Part shown: positions 1 through 7,826 of the stretch, piece by piece
How the letters are laid out: each line of letters opens with the position of its first letter
How positions within the stretch are numbered: the stretch's first letter is position 1
Virus record (IMG/VR): IMGVR_UViG_3300038336_000027
Location: 1-29,066 of that record
Strand: one strand, 5' to 3'
From: a virus
Taxonomy: Duplodnaviria; Caudoviricetes
DNA: 29,066 nucleotides
Translations under genes and position numbers: made by a program
Notes under the pieces: generated by a model
The model's input: only the letters and a program-made list of their open reading frames with translations
What the model was told of the DNA's origin: nothing
Database searches by the model: none

Positions 1-123
1 ACACATCCTCGCTGCGACCAAATACATTGGCAAAACCGAAGCCCTTGACCTTGTCGAACCACTTTACCCGGGCCGCTTCCAGTGGCAAGGCGGCAATCTG
101 CGCCGCCGAGGTATCGTCAAGGT
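1..123 (-). pseudogene. Host cold-shock domain protein gene, 3' part, cut off from its 5' part by the prophage
   Basis: Minus frame 121->2 reads LDDTSAAQIAALPLEAARVKWFDKVKGFGFANVFGRSEDV (VKWF + RNP1 KGFGF), like the second CSD of alphaproteobacterial two-domain Csp proteins. Upstream the frame enters phage-end sequence and hits an in-frame TGA. Confidence 0.8.
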
Positions 124-130
124 TGTAACC

Positions 131-297
131 AGACACATGGTTTGATCAGTCCGGGATAATCTTGGATCAATCGGGACGTGGCGGGATAGATGCGGGTTAT
201 CAACGGTTTAAACGGCGGTGGCTGGCGCGGTGGCGTGCCGGGGTGGTTTGCACAATCGCGGGCGGTCGGGGAGAATGAGACACATGGATTGCACAAT
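131..297 (+). repeat. Left-end transposase binding sites (L1/L2/L3-like)
   Basis: AGACACATGGTTTGATCAGT (131-150), TGGTTTGCACAAT (244-256), AGACACATGGATTGCACAAT (278-297). One site at the end, a ~90-bp gap, then two close sites, as in Mu attL. Confidence 0.75.
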
Positions 298-352
298 GGG
301 CCGGTCGTTTGAGGGTGTTTGAAAAGGCGTTTAAACGGGGCTTCAGGGGCGG

Positions 353-1060
353 TCACATGTTCACCAGTATACAGCGGACGCGGCCGACGATGCGCAGGTC
401 GTTGAGGCGCGCGCCGGTGATCATCTCGGGCGGGATGGTGCCGCCATCGGAGATGATGACGATCGAGGTGGGCGTGCCGCCGGGGCCGATGGCGACGGGC
501 ACGAGGCGCTTCACGAAGGCTTCGCCATCACGGCTGAAGGCATAGACCCCCTCGCGATCGAGGCGGGCCTCGGCGGTGTTGACGAGGGCCAGCGCGCCGT
601 CTGGAAGGGTGGGGGCCATACTGTCGCCGCGCACCCGCACAAGCCCCGCATGGGCCGGGTTGATCTGGTTGCGCGATAACCAGACCCTTGAAAACGCGAG
701 TCTTTCCTCGACATGCTCATGATCCGGCACAAGGCCGGGGCCAGCCGAGAGGTTGACCTCGTACCGGGGGATCAGGGCGAAGTCCTGGTCGAAGTCAGGC
801 GCGGGCTCGTCGGGTGGCGAAATGGGTTGCGGCGCGCCCGTGGGTGCGCCCTGGCCGGTTGCCAGCCACTGCACCGACACGCCTAACGCAACGGCTGCCG
901 CAACAAGATTGGAGAGCGTCGGTTCGCTTGCGCCGCGCCTCCAGTCGTTCACGGTGGAACTCGCGACACCAATCGCTCGCCCAAGTGACGCGCCGCTAGT
1001 CTTGGGCGGCCTCTCCATTATCGACGTCAATCGACCGGGAAATCCTTGGTCAGAGTTCAT
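353..1060 (-). CDS. Phage repressor, XRE HTH + peptidase S24 (CI/LexA-like), 235 aa
   Basis: HTH LGRAIGVASSTVNDWRRG; Ala-Gly site LSAGPG; catalytic GDSM and VKRL; divergent from ner. Start chosen at MNSDQ (1060) because the longer ORF runs through the operator/promoter region. Confidence 0.92.
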   Translation of the reverse strand: MNSDQGFPGRLTSIMERPPKTSGASLGRAIGVASSTVNDWRRGASEPTLSNLVAAAVALGVSVQWLATGQGAPTGAPQPISPPDEPAPDFDQDFALIPRYEVNLSAGPGLVPDHEHVEERLAFSRVWLSRNQINPAHAGLVRVRGDSMAPTLPDGALALVNTAEARLDREGVYAFSRDGEAFVKRLVPVAIGPGGTPTSIVIISDGGTIPPEMITGARLNDLRIVGRVRCILVNM

Positions 1061-1180
1061 ACCCTCAACTCTGACCGTAGTGAAAACCGTCAGAAAGGCG
1101 GTCAGAGTTCCAATAAGGCAATGATATGCAAGCGGTTTCCTGTGAAGCGCCCGCAAAAGCTGCAGCTTTAAACTCTGACC
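1048..1180. promoter_or_regulatory. Operator/enhancer repeats GGTCAGAGTT / AACTCTGACC
   Basis: Exact 10-mer at 1048-1057 and 1100-1109, its reverse complement at 1067-1076 and 1171-1180; degenerate copies near 1088 and 1222. Confidence 0.8.
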
Positions 1181-1193
1181 GAGCTTTTTCCCT

Positions 1194-1222
1194 TTGACAT
1201 CGTAGGGAAAACACTTCAATGT
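1194..1222 (+). promoter_or_regulatory. Early promoter (Pe-like), sigma70 type
   Basis: TTGACA (1194-1199), 17 bp spacer, CAATGT (1217-1222), upstream of ner. Confidence 0.65.
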
Positions 1223-1309
1223 CTGTCCGTAAGGTCATTTTTTACACCGCGTGATTTGCCCGCCCGGATGGCCGTCCGAAGGGGCAAGCTGAAAGAGGAG
1301 CACAGGCTC

Positions 1310-1630
1310 ATGCCGAGACCTGCACGGATCACCCGCAAGGCGCGCGGATGGCATCCAGAAGAGATCAAGGCCGCGATCCGCATGAAGGGATCGTCGATGG
1401 CCGAGCTCTCGCGCCAGCATGGCTACGGGATCAGCGCAGTCCGTCAGGTGCTGCGCCGCCCATGGCCCGCCATCGAGCGGCTGGTGGCCGATCACCTGGG
1501 CGTCGAGCCGCAGGAAATCTGGCCCGACCGCTATGGCGAGGACGGGATGCCGAACCGTCTGCTGTTCGGGCGCGTCAAGTTTAACCCGGATCGCACAGAC
1601 TGTCAGCGTCAAAAAGCGTCGGGGGAATGA
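1310..1630 (+). CDS. ner: Ner/Nlp-family transcriptional regulator
   Basis: GWHPEEIKAAIRMKGSSMAELSR...RRPWPAIERLVADHLGVEPQEIWPDRY signature; GAGGAG RBS; first early gene. Confidence 0.93.
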   Translation: MPRPARITRKARGWHPEEIKAAIRMKGSSMAELSRQHGYGISAVRQVLRRPWPAIERLVADHLGVEPQEIWPDRYGEDGMPNRLLFGRVKFNPDRTDCQRQKASGE

Positions 1631-1890
1631 ACATGGCCCCGGACAAGATCATGCACTTCCTGGGCGGGACGGCGATTGCCGCGCTGACCACGCTGGGGTT
1701 CACTTGGGCGGGGTTCGTGCCATCGACCTCGCTCCTGTTCGGCGCGCTTGCAGCGGCGCTGGCGGGCGCGGTCAAGGAGGGCCTTGACGCGCTGGGGTTC
1801 GGGCAGGTCGAGCTTGCCGATTTAACCTGGACCCTGGCAGGCGCGATCCCGGTCGGGCTGCTGATGATCGTGATGCTGGTGCTGGCATGA
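1627..1890 (+). CDS. Small membrane protein, VanZ/YfiM-like motif
   Basis: DKIMHF...KE..D...DL motif with three hydrophobic segments; ATGA overlap with ner. Confidence 0.65.
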   Translation: MNMAPDKIMHFLGGTAIAALTTLGFTWAGFVPSTSLLFGALAAALAGAVKEGLDALGFGQVELADLTWTLAGAIPVGLLMIVMLVLA

Positions 1891-2082
1891 GCGCCGCCCC
1901 TTCCCCTGATTTCAGCACCATGTCCCGCGCGGAACTGACCGCCTGGAAGGGTGCGATCGATGCCGCCATCGCCGCTGCAGAAGCTGCGGGGGGGGGGTGA
2001 CGATTTCGACGTTGCGATGCTGGCCGATGACGAGGGCGTGTCGGTCACTTTCACCATCCCCCTGTCGCCCTCTCAATCCTGA
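1887..2082 (+). pseudogene. Small hypothetical gene frameshifted at a G10 tract
   Basis: The ATG at 1887 overlaps the upstream stop. As given the ORF stops at 2000; removing one G from 1988-1997 gives 64 aa ending at the TGA abutting the HU RBS. Confidence 0.6.
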
Positions 2083-2093
2083 AAGGAAAGACC

Positions 2094-2369
2094 ATGAAGC
2101 GGATCAACAAGGCCGAGCTGGCCGAGACGATGGCCGGGGCCGCCGGGATCACGAAGGCCGAGGCCGGGCGCGCGATCGACGCCTTTGCCCGCGCCGTGAC
2201 GGCGGCGACCGAGCAGGGCGACAGTGTGGTGATGCAGGGGTTCGGAACCTTTGCGCCGCGCCACCGCGCCGCCCGGACGGGGCGCAACCCGGCCACCGGC
2301 GAGACCATCGAGATCGCCGCCAGCACCACGTTGGGCTTCAAGCCCGCCAAGCGCAAGGCGGGATCGTGA
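2094..2369 (+). CDS. hup: HU/IHF-family DNA-binding protein
   Basis: NKAEL...GFGTF...RAARTGRNPATGETIEI...FKP; AAGGA RBS. Confidence 0.95.
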   Translation: MKRINKAELAETMAGAAGITKAEAGRAIDAFARAVTAATEQGDSVVMQGFGTFAPRHRAARTGRNPATGETIEIAASTTLGFKPAKRKAGS

Positions 2370-2791
2370 TGGCCACGGGCAAGCGCATCCCGGCCGCAGA
2401 GATCCGGCGCGTCTGGCTGGATGAGCGGCTGACCACGGCGCAGGCCGCCGAGGCGGTCGGGCTGGCGCGGTCAAACCTATGGCTTCGCGCCAGGGCGCTG
2501 GGGCTGCCACCCCGCAAGAACGGGCGGCGGTTTGAAATCACCGATCTGGCGCTCTTTGAACGGATGTGGCGCGCGGGCGTCCACGGCCCGACGATGGCAG
2601 CGTATTTCGAGGTCACCTATTCGGCGGTGCGCGCAACAGCGCGCCGCCACCGCCTGCCCCCGCGCCCACTGGGCACCCGGCCCAAGGTCTCGCTCCATGA
2701 CTTCCTGCAGATGGAGCTGGGCGCGCGCATGGGTGCCTCGGCCGCGCGGTCGAATGCGCAGCTGCGCGAGAAGCAAAGGGAGGTGGCGTGA
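2369..2791 (+). CDS. Hypothetical DNA-binding protein with two GcrA-like HTH repeats
   Basis: Two units W...A....(G/E)(L/V)...(L/V)...AR...LPPR; TGATG coupling to HU. Confidence 0.65.
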   Translation: MATGKRIPAAEIRRVWLDERLTTAQAAEAVGLARSNLWLRARALGLPPRKNGRRFEITDLALFERMWRAGVHGPTMAAYFEVTYSAVRATARRHRLPPRPLGTRPKVSLHDFLQMELGARMGASAARSNAQLREKQREVA

Positions 2792-3360
2792 TGGTGGGCC
2801 GTGCATTCAACGACCCCGATGGCGGGCGCGCGTGGAACAAGGAGCGCGCTGACATGATCCGCGCGGCGAAGCCGGTTCGGCCTGATATGGCCCAGATGGA
2901 CAGCGAGGAGGGTCGCGACCGAATGGACCTCTTGATGCTGCGCGCTCGGCGCGCGGTGCGTGAGCGGCGGCGGAATTCTCCTCTCCCCGCTTCGCGCAAT
3001 TTCACCTGGCGCGATGCGTCTCGAATGGAGATCCCGGAATATCTTATCCGACAGGCTCTCCGCTCCATTGGTCGAGCATTCGCGTGGTTAGCAGGTCCTC
3101 TGCTGAGGGTTGGTCCAGCCATTCATCTGCGACTGACGCAGCATCTCGAACGGCTTGACGATATGGGTATCGATCCGGCTGACCTTTCAGGTCTTGCAGC
3201 CTGGAAGCGATCGACAGCGCTCTGGCTGACGCAATCGCCCAATGACGCGCGGCGAGCCACTCTCGAAGAAACTTCGGACGAGGCGTGGTCTGAGCCCATG
3301 TCCGATCCTTCGACGGGGTCTGCGACAGGATCGTCGACACCCTCGGAGAGAGCGTCATGA
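2788..3360 (+). CDS. Hypothetical protein (3' half overlaps antisense gene)
   Basis: GGAGG RBS; GTGA/ATGA overlaps at both ends; atypical codon use after ~2970. Confidence 0.5.
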   Translation: MMVGRAFNDPDGGRAWNKERADMIRAAKPVRPDMAQMDSEEGRDRMDLLMLRARRAVRERRRNSPLPASRNFTWRDASRMEIPEYLIRQALRSIGRAFAWLAGPLLRVGPAIHLRLTQHLERLDDMGIDPADLSGLAAWKRSTALWLTQSPNDARRATLEETSDEAWSEPMSDPSTGSATGSSTPSERAS

Positions 3361-3487
3361 CGAACAACCACATCTCCTCGGTTGCATTGGCTTCCAGCCA
3401 GGCGCGGTCTGCTTCGAGCTGCTCTTCCGAGATCAGGTCCAGCAGCGCGTCCGCCCGCGCCCGCGCTTCGATTGCATATCTGTCCAC
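3044..3487 (-). CDS. Antisense hypothetical protein (moron), 147 aa
   Basis: GGAGG upstream of GTG at 3487; helical-looking product MDRYAIEARARADALLDLISEEQLEADRAWLE...; the opposite strand shows a Ser-rich shadow. Confidence 0.65.
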   Translation of the reverse strand: MDRYAIEARARADALLDLISEEQLEADRAWLEANATEEMWLFVMTLSPRVSTILSQTPSKDRTWAQTTPRPKFLREWLAARHWAIASARALSIASRLQDLKGQPDRYPYRQAVRDAASVADEWLDQPSAEDLLTTRMLDQWSGEPVG

Positions 3488-3779
3488 GGCATCCCTCCAT
3501 CCGGTTGTTGGCGCTTCCGATGGTAAGGGCCGCCTGGCCGAGCCCCAAGCGCAAAGCGCGCCGGGCCGGTCGGGCGGGGTTCTCCACGCTCCGGCTGCCA
3601 CCGGGATTGCGTGTGAGCCGTCCAGCCCGCGCGCTTCCTCCTCCCTGCGCGCGGGCTGGGGCTGGCTGATCCGGGCCGCCCGGCGGCTGGACGATCACTG
3701 GATCGGGGATCTGATCGGGGCGGTGTGCCTGTTCGGCATGCTCTGGATCGGCCTTGTCGCCGCGATGGTGTTCGAATGA
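3357..3779 (+). CDS. Hypothetical protein with C-terminal TM helix (true start uncertain)
   Basis: C-terminal LDDHWIGDLIGAVCLFGMLWIGLVAAMVFE with good GC3; ATGA overlaps at both ends. Confidence 0.55.
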   Translation: MTNNHISSVALASSQARSASSCSSEIRSSSASARARASIAYLSTASLHPVVGASDGKGRLAEPQAQSAPGRSGGVLHAPAATGIACEPSSPRASSSLRAGWGWLIRAARRLDDHWIGDLIGAVCLFGMLWIGLVAAMVFE

Positions 3780-3973
3780 AGCCCGCCAGCCCCTTTGATG
3801 CGCACAGCGCACCTGCGCGGCCCGAGGGTCGGCAGGGCGAAGGGGCTGGCACCCATACGGCGCAGGGTGCGCACAGCGCCCGGTTCCCGGTCGAGGTGAC
3901 CGAGATCGGCCTGCAATATGTGATCCCCGGCTGCGAGCGGCGCTCGCCCCCCCCCGTATGTTCAAGGAGGTAA
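3776..3973 (+). CDS. Small hypothetical protein containing a C9 tract
   Basis: ATGA-coupled start; ...TEIGLQYVIPGCERR...; C9 at 3947-3955. Confidence 0.5.
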   Translation: MKPASPFDAHSAPARPEGRQGEGAGTHTAQGAHSARFPVEVTEIGLQYVIPGCERRSPPPVCSRR

Positions 3974-3976
3974 GCG

Positions 3977-4459
3977 ATGAGCAGACGTAGAGCGCATCGC
4001 GGCGGCCGGGATGATCGCCAGATGTCCTTTGACGAGTATTTCGTGGTCCCAACACCCACCGAGGTGCGGCCGGGATCGATTGCCGGGCTTGATGTCGAGC
4101 TGCGCCAGGCGCTGAGCCGCAGCCTGAAGGACCAGCCGCTGTCGCGCTACGAGGTGGCCGCGAAGATGAGCGAGATGCTGGGCGACGATATTTCCAAGAA
4201 CATGCTGGATGCCTACACGGCCGAGAGCCGCGAGACGCATCAGATTTCCGTGGTGCGGCTGGTCGCGATGATCCTGGCCACGCGCGATTATGACCTGCTG
4301 GCGCTGGTGGCCGAGAAGATCGGCTGCCGGTTGCTGGTTGGCGAAGAGGCCGTCGCGGCCGAGGTGGGCTTCATCGACCAGGAGATCGAGGAACTGCGCG
4401 CCCGGCGCGCCGAGCTCAAGCGGCTGCACCCGGTCAAGTTGCGGGGGGCGCGGTCATGA
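3977..4459 (+). CDS. Conserved Mu-like phage protein upstream of transposase (putative DNA-binding regulator)
   Basis: AAGGAGG RBS; SRYEVAAKMSEMLGDDISKNMLDAYTAESRE HTH-like motif plus C-terminal coiled coil; coupled to A. Confidence 0.75.
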   Translation: MSRRRAHRGGRDDRQMSFDEYFVVPTPTEVRPGSIAGLDVELRQALSRSLKDQPLSRYEVAAKMSEMLGDDISKNMLDAYTAESRETHQISVVRLVAMILATRDYDLLALVAEKIGCRLLVGEEAVAAEVGFIDQEIEELRARRAELKRLHPVKLRGARS

Positions 4460-6468
4460 TCGAATGGCGCACCGCAGCGGACTGGGCCGAGCAGGGCTTG
4501 CCGCAGGTCCCGACAACTGAGAGCGGCGTTATTCGTCGCGCCAAACGCGATAGCTGGCAGGACCGGGAGCGCAAGGGCTTCGGCGGCGGCTTCGAGTACC
4601 ATTATTCCAGCCTGCCCGACCGGGCGCGCGCGGCCTATCTGCTGCGCCATCGCAAGCCCGATCCGGCCAGCCTGCCCGTGCAGGTGCCGCAGGACGAGGC
4701 CTGGGCGGGGTATGAGCGGCTGTCGGAGGCGCTGCGCCAGGAGGCGGCGTTCCGCCTGAAGGTGCTGACGGCGGTCGAGGTCATGGCCGAGAGCGGCGTG
4801 GGCCGGGTGTCGGCGGTCGAGATGGTGGCCGAGGATGCTGAAGTGAGTGCGGCCACGATCCGGCGCTGGCAGCGACTGGTCAAGGGCGTCGAGCGGCGCA
4901 ACTGGCTGCCCGCGCTGGCCCCGCGCTATGTCGGCAAGGTCGAGCGCGCCGAATGCGATCCGCGTGCCTGGGACTGGTATCTGGGCCAGTATCTGACCCG
5001 GCGCGGCCCGAGCCATGCCGATACCTATCGCCGCCTGGAAGAGATTGCCGCGATCGAGGGTTGGGTGATCCCCAGCGCCAAGACTATGGAACGCCGGGTC
5101 GAGACCGATATCGACGCGCTGACCATCGTCTTGATGCGCGAAGGCATGGAGGCGCTGGCCCGCCGCATGCCCAAGCAGCGCCGCGACGAGACGGTCTTTG
5201 CCGCAGGCGAGGCCGTGAACGGCGATGGCCTGAAGTTTGACAAGCTGTGGGTGAAGTTCCCCGATGGCGAGATCATCAATACCGCCACCGCCTGGTTCTT
5301 TCAGGATCTGCGCACGCGGCGCATTCTGGCCTGGCGTCTGGGCAAGACAGAAAACACCGATCTGTTCCGTCTGGCGACCTATGACCTGACGGCGGTCTGC
5401 GCGCCGACGATCATGTACATCGACAATACCCGCGTGGCCGCGAACAAGCTGATGACCACCGGAGCCAAGAACCGGCATCGGTTCAAGGATGACAAGGGTG
5501 ACGGCGTCGGCCTGCTGGTCGCACTGGGGATCGACCCGCGCTTTACCAATCCTGACAAGGAGACCGGCAACCCCGGTGCCAAGCCGATCGAGCGCGCCTT
5601 CGGCATCGGCGGCATCCACGACAAGGTTGCCACCCACCCGTCGCTGATCAACCGGGGCTACAGCAAGGCCACCGCGATCAACTCGGACGAGCTGCGCGAT
5701 GTGATCGAGCATGAGATCGCGCGCCACAATGCGCAGGCCAAGCGCCGCACCACCGCCTGCCGGGGCCTGCTGAGTTTCGATCAGGCATGGGAAGAGGCGA
5801 CCGCCAGCATCACCTTCCGCCGCTTCTCCGAGCGGCAGCGCCGCCTTCTCCTGATGGTGCGCGAGGTGGTGACGGTCACCCAGAACGGCGAGATCGCGAT
5901 CAATGCCGGGCGCGGCGCGCATACAAAGAACCGCTACTGGTGCGAGGCCGCCGCCGCGCTGGCGGGCCGCAAGGTGGTTGCGCATTTCGACCCCGAGAAC
6001 CTGCACGCCGGGGTGCATGTCTACAGCCTGGACGGGCGCTACCTGTTCGAGACCGACCACATGACCAGCATCGCCTTCAACGACAGTGGCTCCGGTCGCG
6101 AGTGGAGTAAGAACCGCGCGCGCATGATCAAGGCCACCAAGAAGCAGGCCGAGGCTGCCACCCGCATGTCGAAGCTGGAGCGCGAGGAGCTTTACGGCAA
6201 GGCCGTGCGCGCCCGCGCCGACGAGGCGGCGGATCACCCACCCGCCGCCCCCGACAGCACCGTGGTTGCGGCACATTTCCGGCAGATGCCGGATCCGGCC
6301 CGCGATGCGGTGCGCGCCGATCCGCCCCCCGGTGTGATCGACTTTACCGCCATGGCCGCGCGCCAACGCCCGGCCGCGCTGGCGGGCGATGAAGACGAGC
6401 AAGCAGAGTTCATGAAGCGGGCGCTGGCGGGCCTTCGGGTTCGCAACGGGCTGCCCCCGGCTGAATGA
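4456..6468 (+). CDS. Mu-like DDE transposase A
   Basis: N-terminal Mu HTH (GLPQVPTTESGVIRRAKR..W..RERKGFGGGFEYH), second HTH, DDE motifs NGDG / YIDN / KPIERAF, Mu C-terminal domain HFDPENL. Confidence 0.96.
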   Translation: MIEWRTAADWAEQGLPQVPTTESGVIRRAKRDSWQDRERKGFGGGFEYHYSSLPDRARAAYLLRHRKPDPASLPVQVPQDEAWAGYERLSEALRQEAAFRLKVLTAVEVMAESGVGRVSAVEMVAEDAEVSAATIRRWQRLVKGVERRNWLPALAPRYVGKVERAECDPRAWDWYLGQYLTRRGPSHADTYRRLEEIAAIEGWVIPSAKTMERRVETDIDALTIVLMREGMEALARRMPKQRRDETVFAAGEAVNGDGLKFDKLWVKFPDGEIINTATAWFFQDLRTRRILAWRLGKTENTDLFRLATYDLTAVCAPTIMYIDNTRVAANKLMTTGAKNRHRFKDDKGDGVGLLVALGIDPRFTNPDKETGNPGAKPIERAFGIGGIHDKVATHPSLINRGYSKATAINSDELRDVIEHEIARHNAQAKRRTTACRGLLSFDQAWEEATASITFRRFSERQRRLLLMVREVVTVTQNGEIAINAGRGAHTKNRYWCEAAAALAGRKVVAHFDPENLHAGVHVYSLDGRYLFETDHMTSIAFNDSGSGREWSKNRARMIKATKKQAEAATRMSKLEREELYGKAVRARADEAADHPPAAPDSTVVAAHFRQMPDPARDAVRADPPPGVIDFTAMAARQRPAALAGDEDEQAEFMKRALAGLRVRNGLPPAE

Positions 6469-6471
6469 AGA

Positions 6472-6501
6472 CGGCCGGTGGTGCGCCACACCAACCGGCC
6501 G
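6472..6501. other. Intergenic stem-loop between A and B
   Basis: CGGCCGGT-GGTG / CACC-A-ACCGGCCG with a 5-nt loop; no U-tract on +. Confidence 0.5.
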
Positions 6502-6537
6502 AACCCCTGAAACAGGCAAAACAGGAGACAGACCAGA

Positions 6538-7515
6538 ATGACCCAGAACGCACAGATTGTCCAGATCGCTGAGGATACGGACGAGGATTACGTCGCCCAC
6601 CGCCTGCCGTTGCGCGACCGCATGCGCAGCCAGATGACCCGTGACGGGCTGTCGCAGGCCGCCACCGCCCGTGAGATCGGCATATCGGCCTCGGCGCTGA
6701 ACCAGTGGCTGCAGGGAAAGTATGCAGGCAGCAATGACGAGGTCGAGGCGCGAATCGATACCTGGCTGGCTGCGCGCGAGCGCCGTGATGCGGCATCAAG
6801 CGCCATGCCGACCCAGCCCGAGTTCTTCCGCTCGCCCTCAACCGAGAAGGTGATCAACGCGCTGAGCTATGCGCAGACGGCGGGTGACATCGTCTGCATC
6901 TATGGCAACCCCGGTGTCGGCAAGACCAAGTCGTTCCGGCATTACCGCGATACCAACCCTTCGGTCTGGATCGCCACCATGTCGCCTGACAGTGCGGGCC
7001 TTGTGCCCTGCCTTGAAGAGGTGGCCGAGGCGGTCGGGCTGCGCGATGCCGGGGGTGGGGCGCGCCGTATCGCCCGCGCCATCCGCCGCAAGGTCGAGGG
7101 CACGCGGGGCCTTTTGATCATCGACGAGGCGCAGCATCTGTCCACCGCCGCGCTGGAGGAGCTGCGCATCGCCATTCATGACGCGACCGGCATTGGCCTG
7201 GTGTTCGCGGGTAACCCGGAGGTCTATTCGCGGCTGACCGGCGGCAACCGCTCGATGCGCTTTGCCCAGATCTTCAGCCGGATCGGTATGCGCCTGTTCA
7301 TCCCTCGCCCGACCGTGGGTGATGTGCGTGCGCTGGCCGCCGCCTGGGGCGTAAAGGGCGCACCCGAGGTCGAGCTCTTGAAAGAGGTCGCGGCCGAGCC
7401 GGGTGCGCTGCGCGGAGCCAGCAAGGTGCTGGCACTCGCCGCGATGGCCAGTGACAGCCAGATCACGCTGGCAGCCCTGCGCCAGGCGCGCATCAACCTT
7501 GGCGGGCAGGAGTGA
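6538..7515 (+). CDS. MuB-like transposition AAA ATPase
   Basis: N-terminal HTH, Walker A GNPGVGKT, Walker B LLIIDEAQ, SRIG arginine finger; AGGAG RBS. Confidence 0.96.
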   Translation: MTQNAQIVQIAEDTDEDYVAHRLPLRDRMRSQMTRDGLSQAATAREIGISASALNQWLQGKYAGSNDEVEARIDTWLAARERRDAASSAMPTQPEFFRSPSTEKVINALSYAQTAGDIVCIYGNPGVGKTKSFRHYRDTNPSVWIATMSPDSAGLVPCLEEVAEAVGLRDAGGGARRIARAIRRKVEGTRGLLIIDEAQHLSTAALEELRIAIHDATGIGLVFAGNPEVYSRLTGGNRSMRFAQIFSRIGMRLFIPRPTVGDVRALAAAWGVKGAPEVELLKEVAAEPGALRGASKVLALAAMASDSQITLAALRQARINLGGQE

Positions 7516-7793
7516 TGGCGATGCTGTCTGAAGAAATCCGCAGTGTCGTGGCCAGCCTTGCCGGACAGATCGACAAGGGCGCGGTCAGCGCCGAGACCGC
7601 CGCCCGCGCCCGCGACATCCTGCGCGATGTGGCCGACCGCGTGGAGCTGATCGAGGGGCTGATCGTCCCCGACCACATGACCCTGCCCGATGACTGCCCG
7701 CCTGCGCGCAACGTGGTTCGGCTGGACCCGTGGCGCAAGCGGCTGGCGGCTATTGCCCGCCCGTCATCCCAATCCCCCTCAACCCCCGCGTAA
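7515..7793 (+). CDS. Hypothetical protein
   Basis: TGATG coupling, AGGAG RBS, high GC3. Confidence 0.7.
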   Translation: MAMLSEEIRSVVASLAGQIDKGAVSAETAARARDILRDVADRVELIEGLIVPDHMTLPDDCPPARNVVRLDPWRKRLAAIARPSSQSPSTPA

Positions 7794-7826
7794 CCGGCCT
7801 TTGAGCCGCATTTCAAGGAGAGACCC

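Noticed and set aside
117-545. ORFs 117-356 (-) and 309-545 (+)
   Set aside because: They overlap the end-binding sites or are antisense to the repressor; not protein-like.
1061-1219. N-terminal extension of the repressor ORF
   Set aside because: Runs across the operators and early promoter; the HTH domain begins after Met 1060.
1997-2368. N-terminal half of the 264-aa ORF
   Set aside because: Off-frame overlap of the HU gene; the likely real start is 2369.
4288-6600. 770-aa minus-strand ORF, and similar long antisense ORFs (8429-9793, 12660-13901, 15448-17409, 22465-24075, 27699-29012)
   Set aside because: Antisense shadows of high-GC3 genes; no recognisable motifs.
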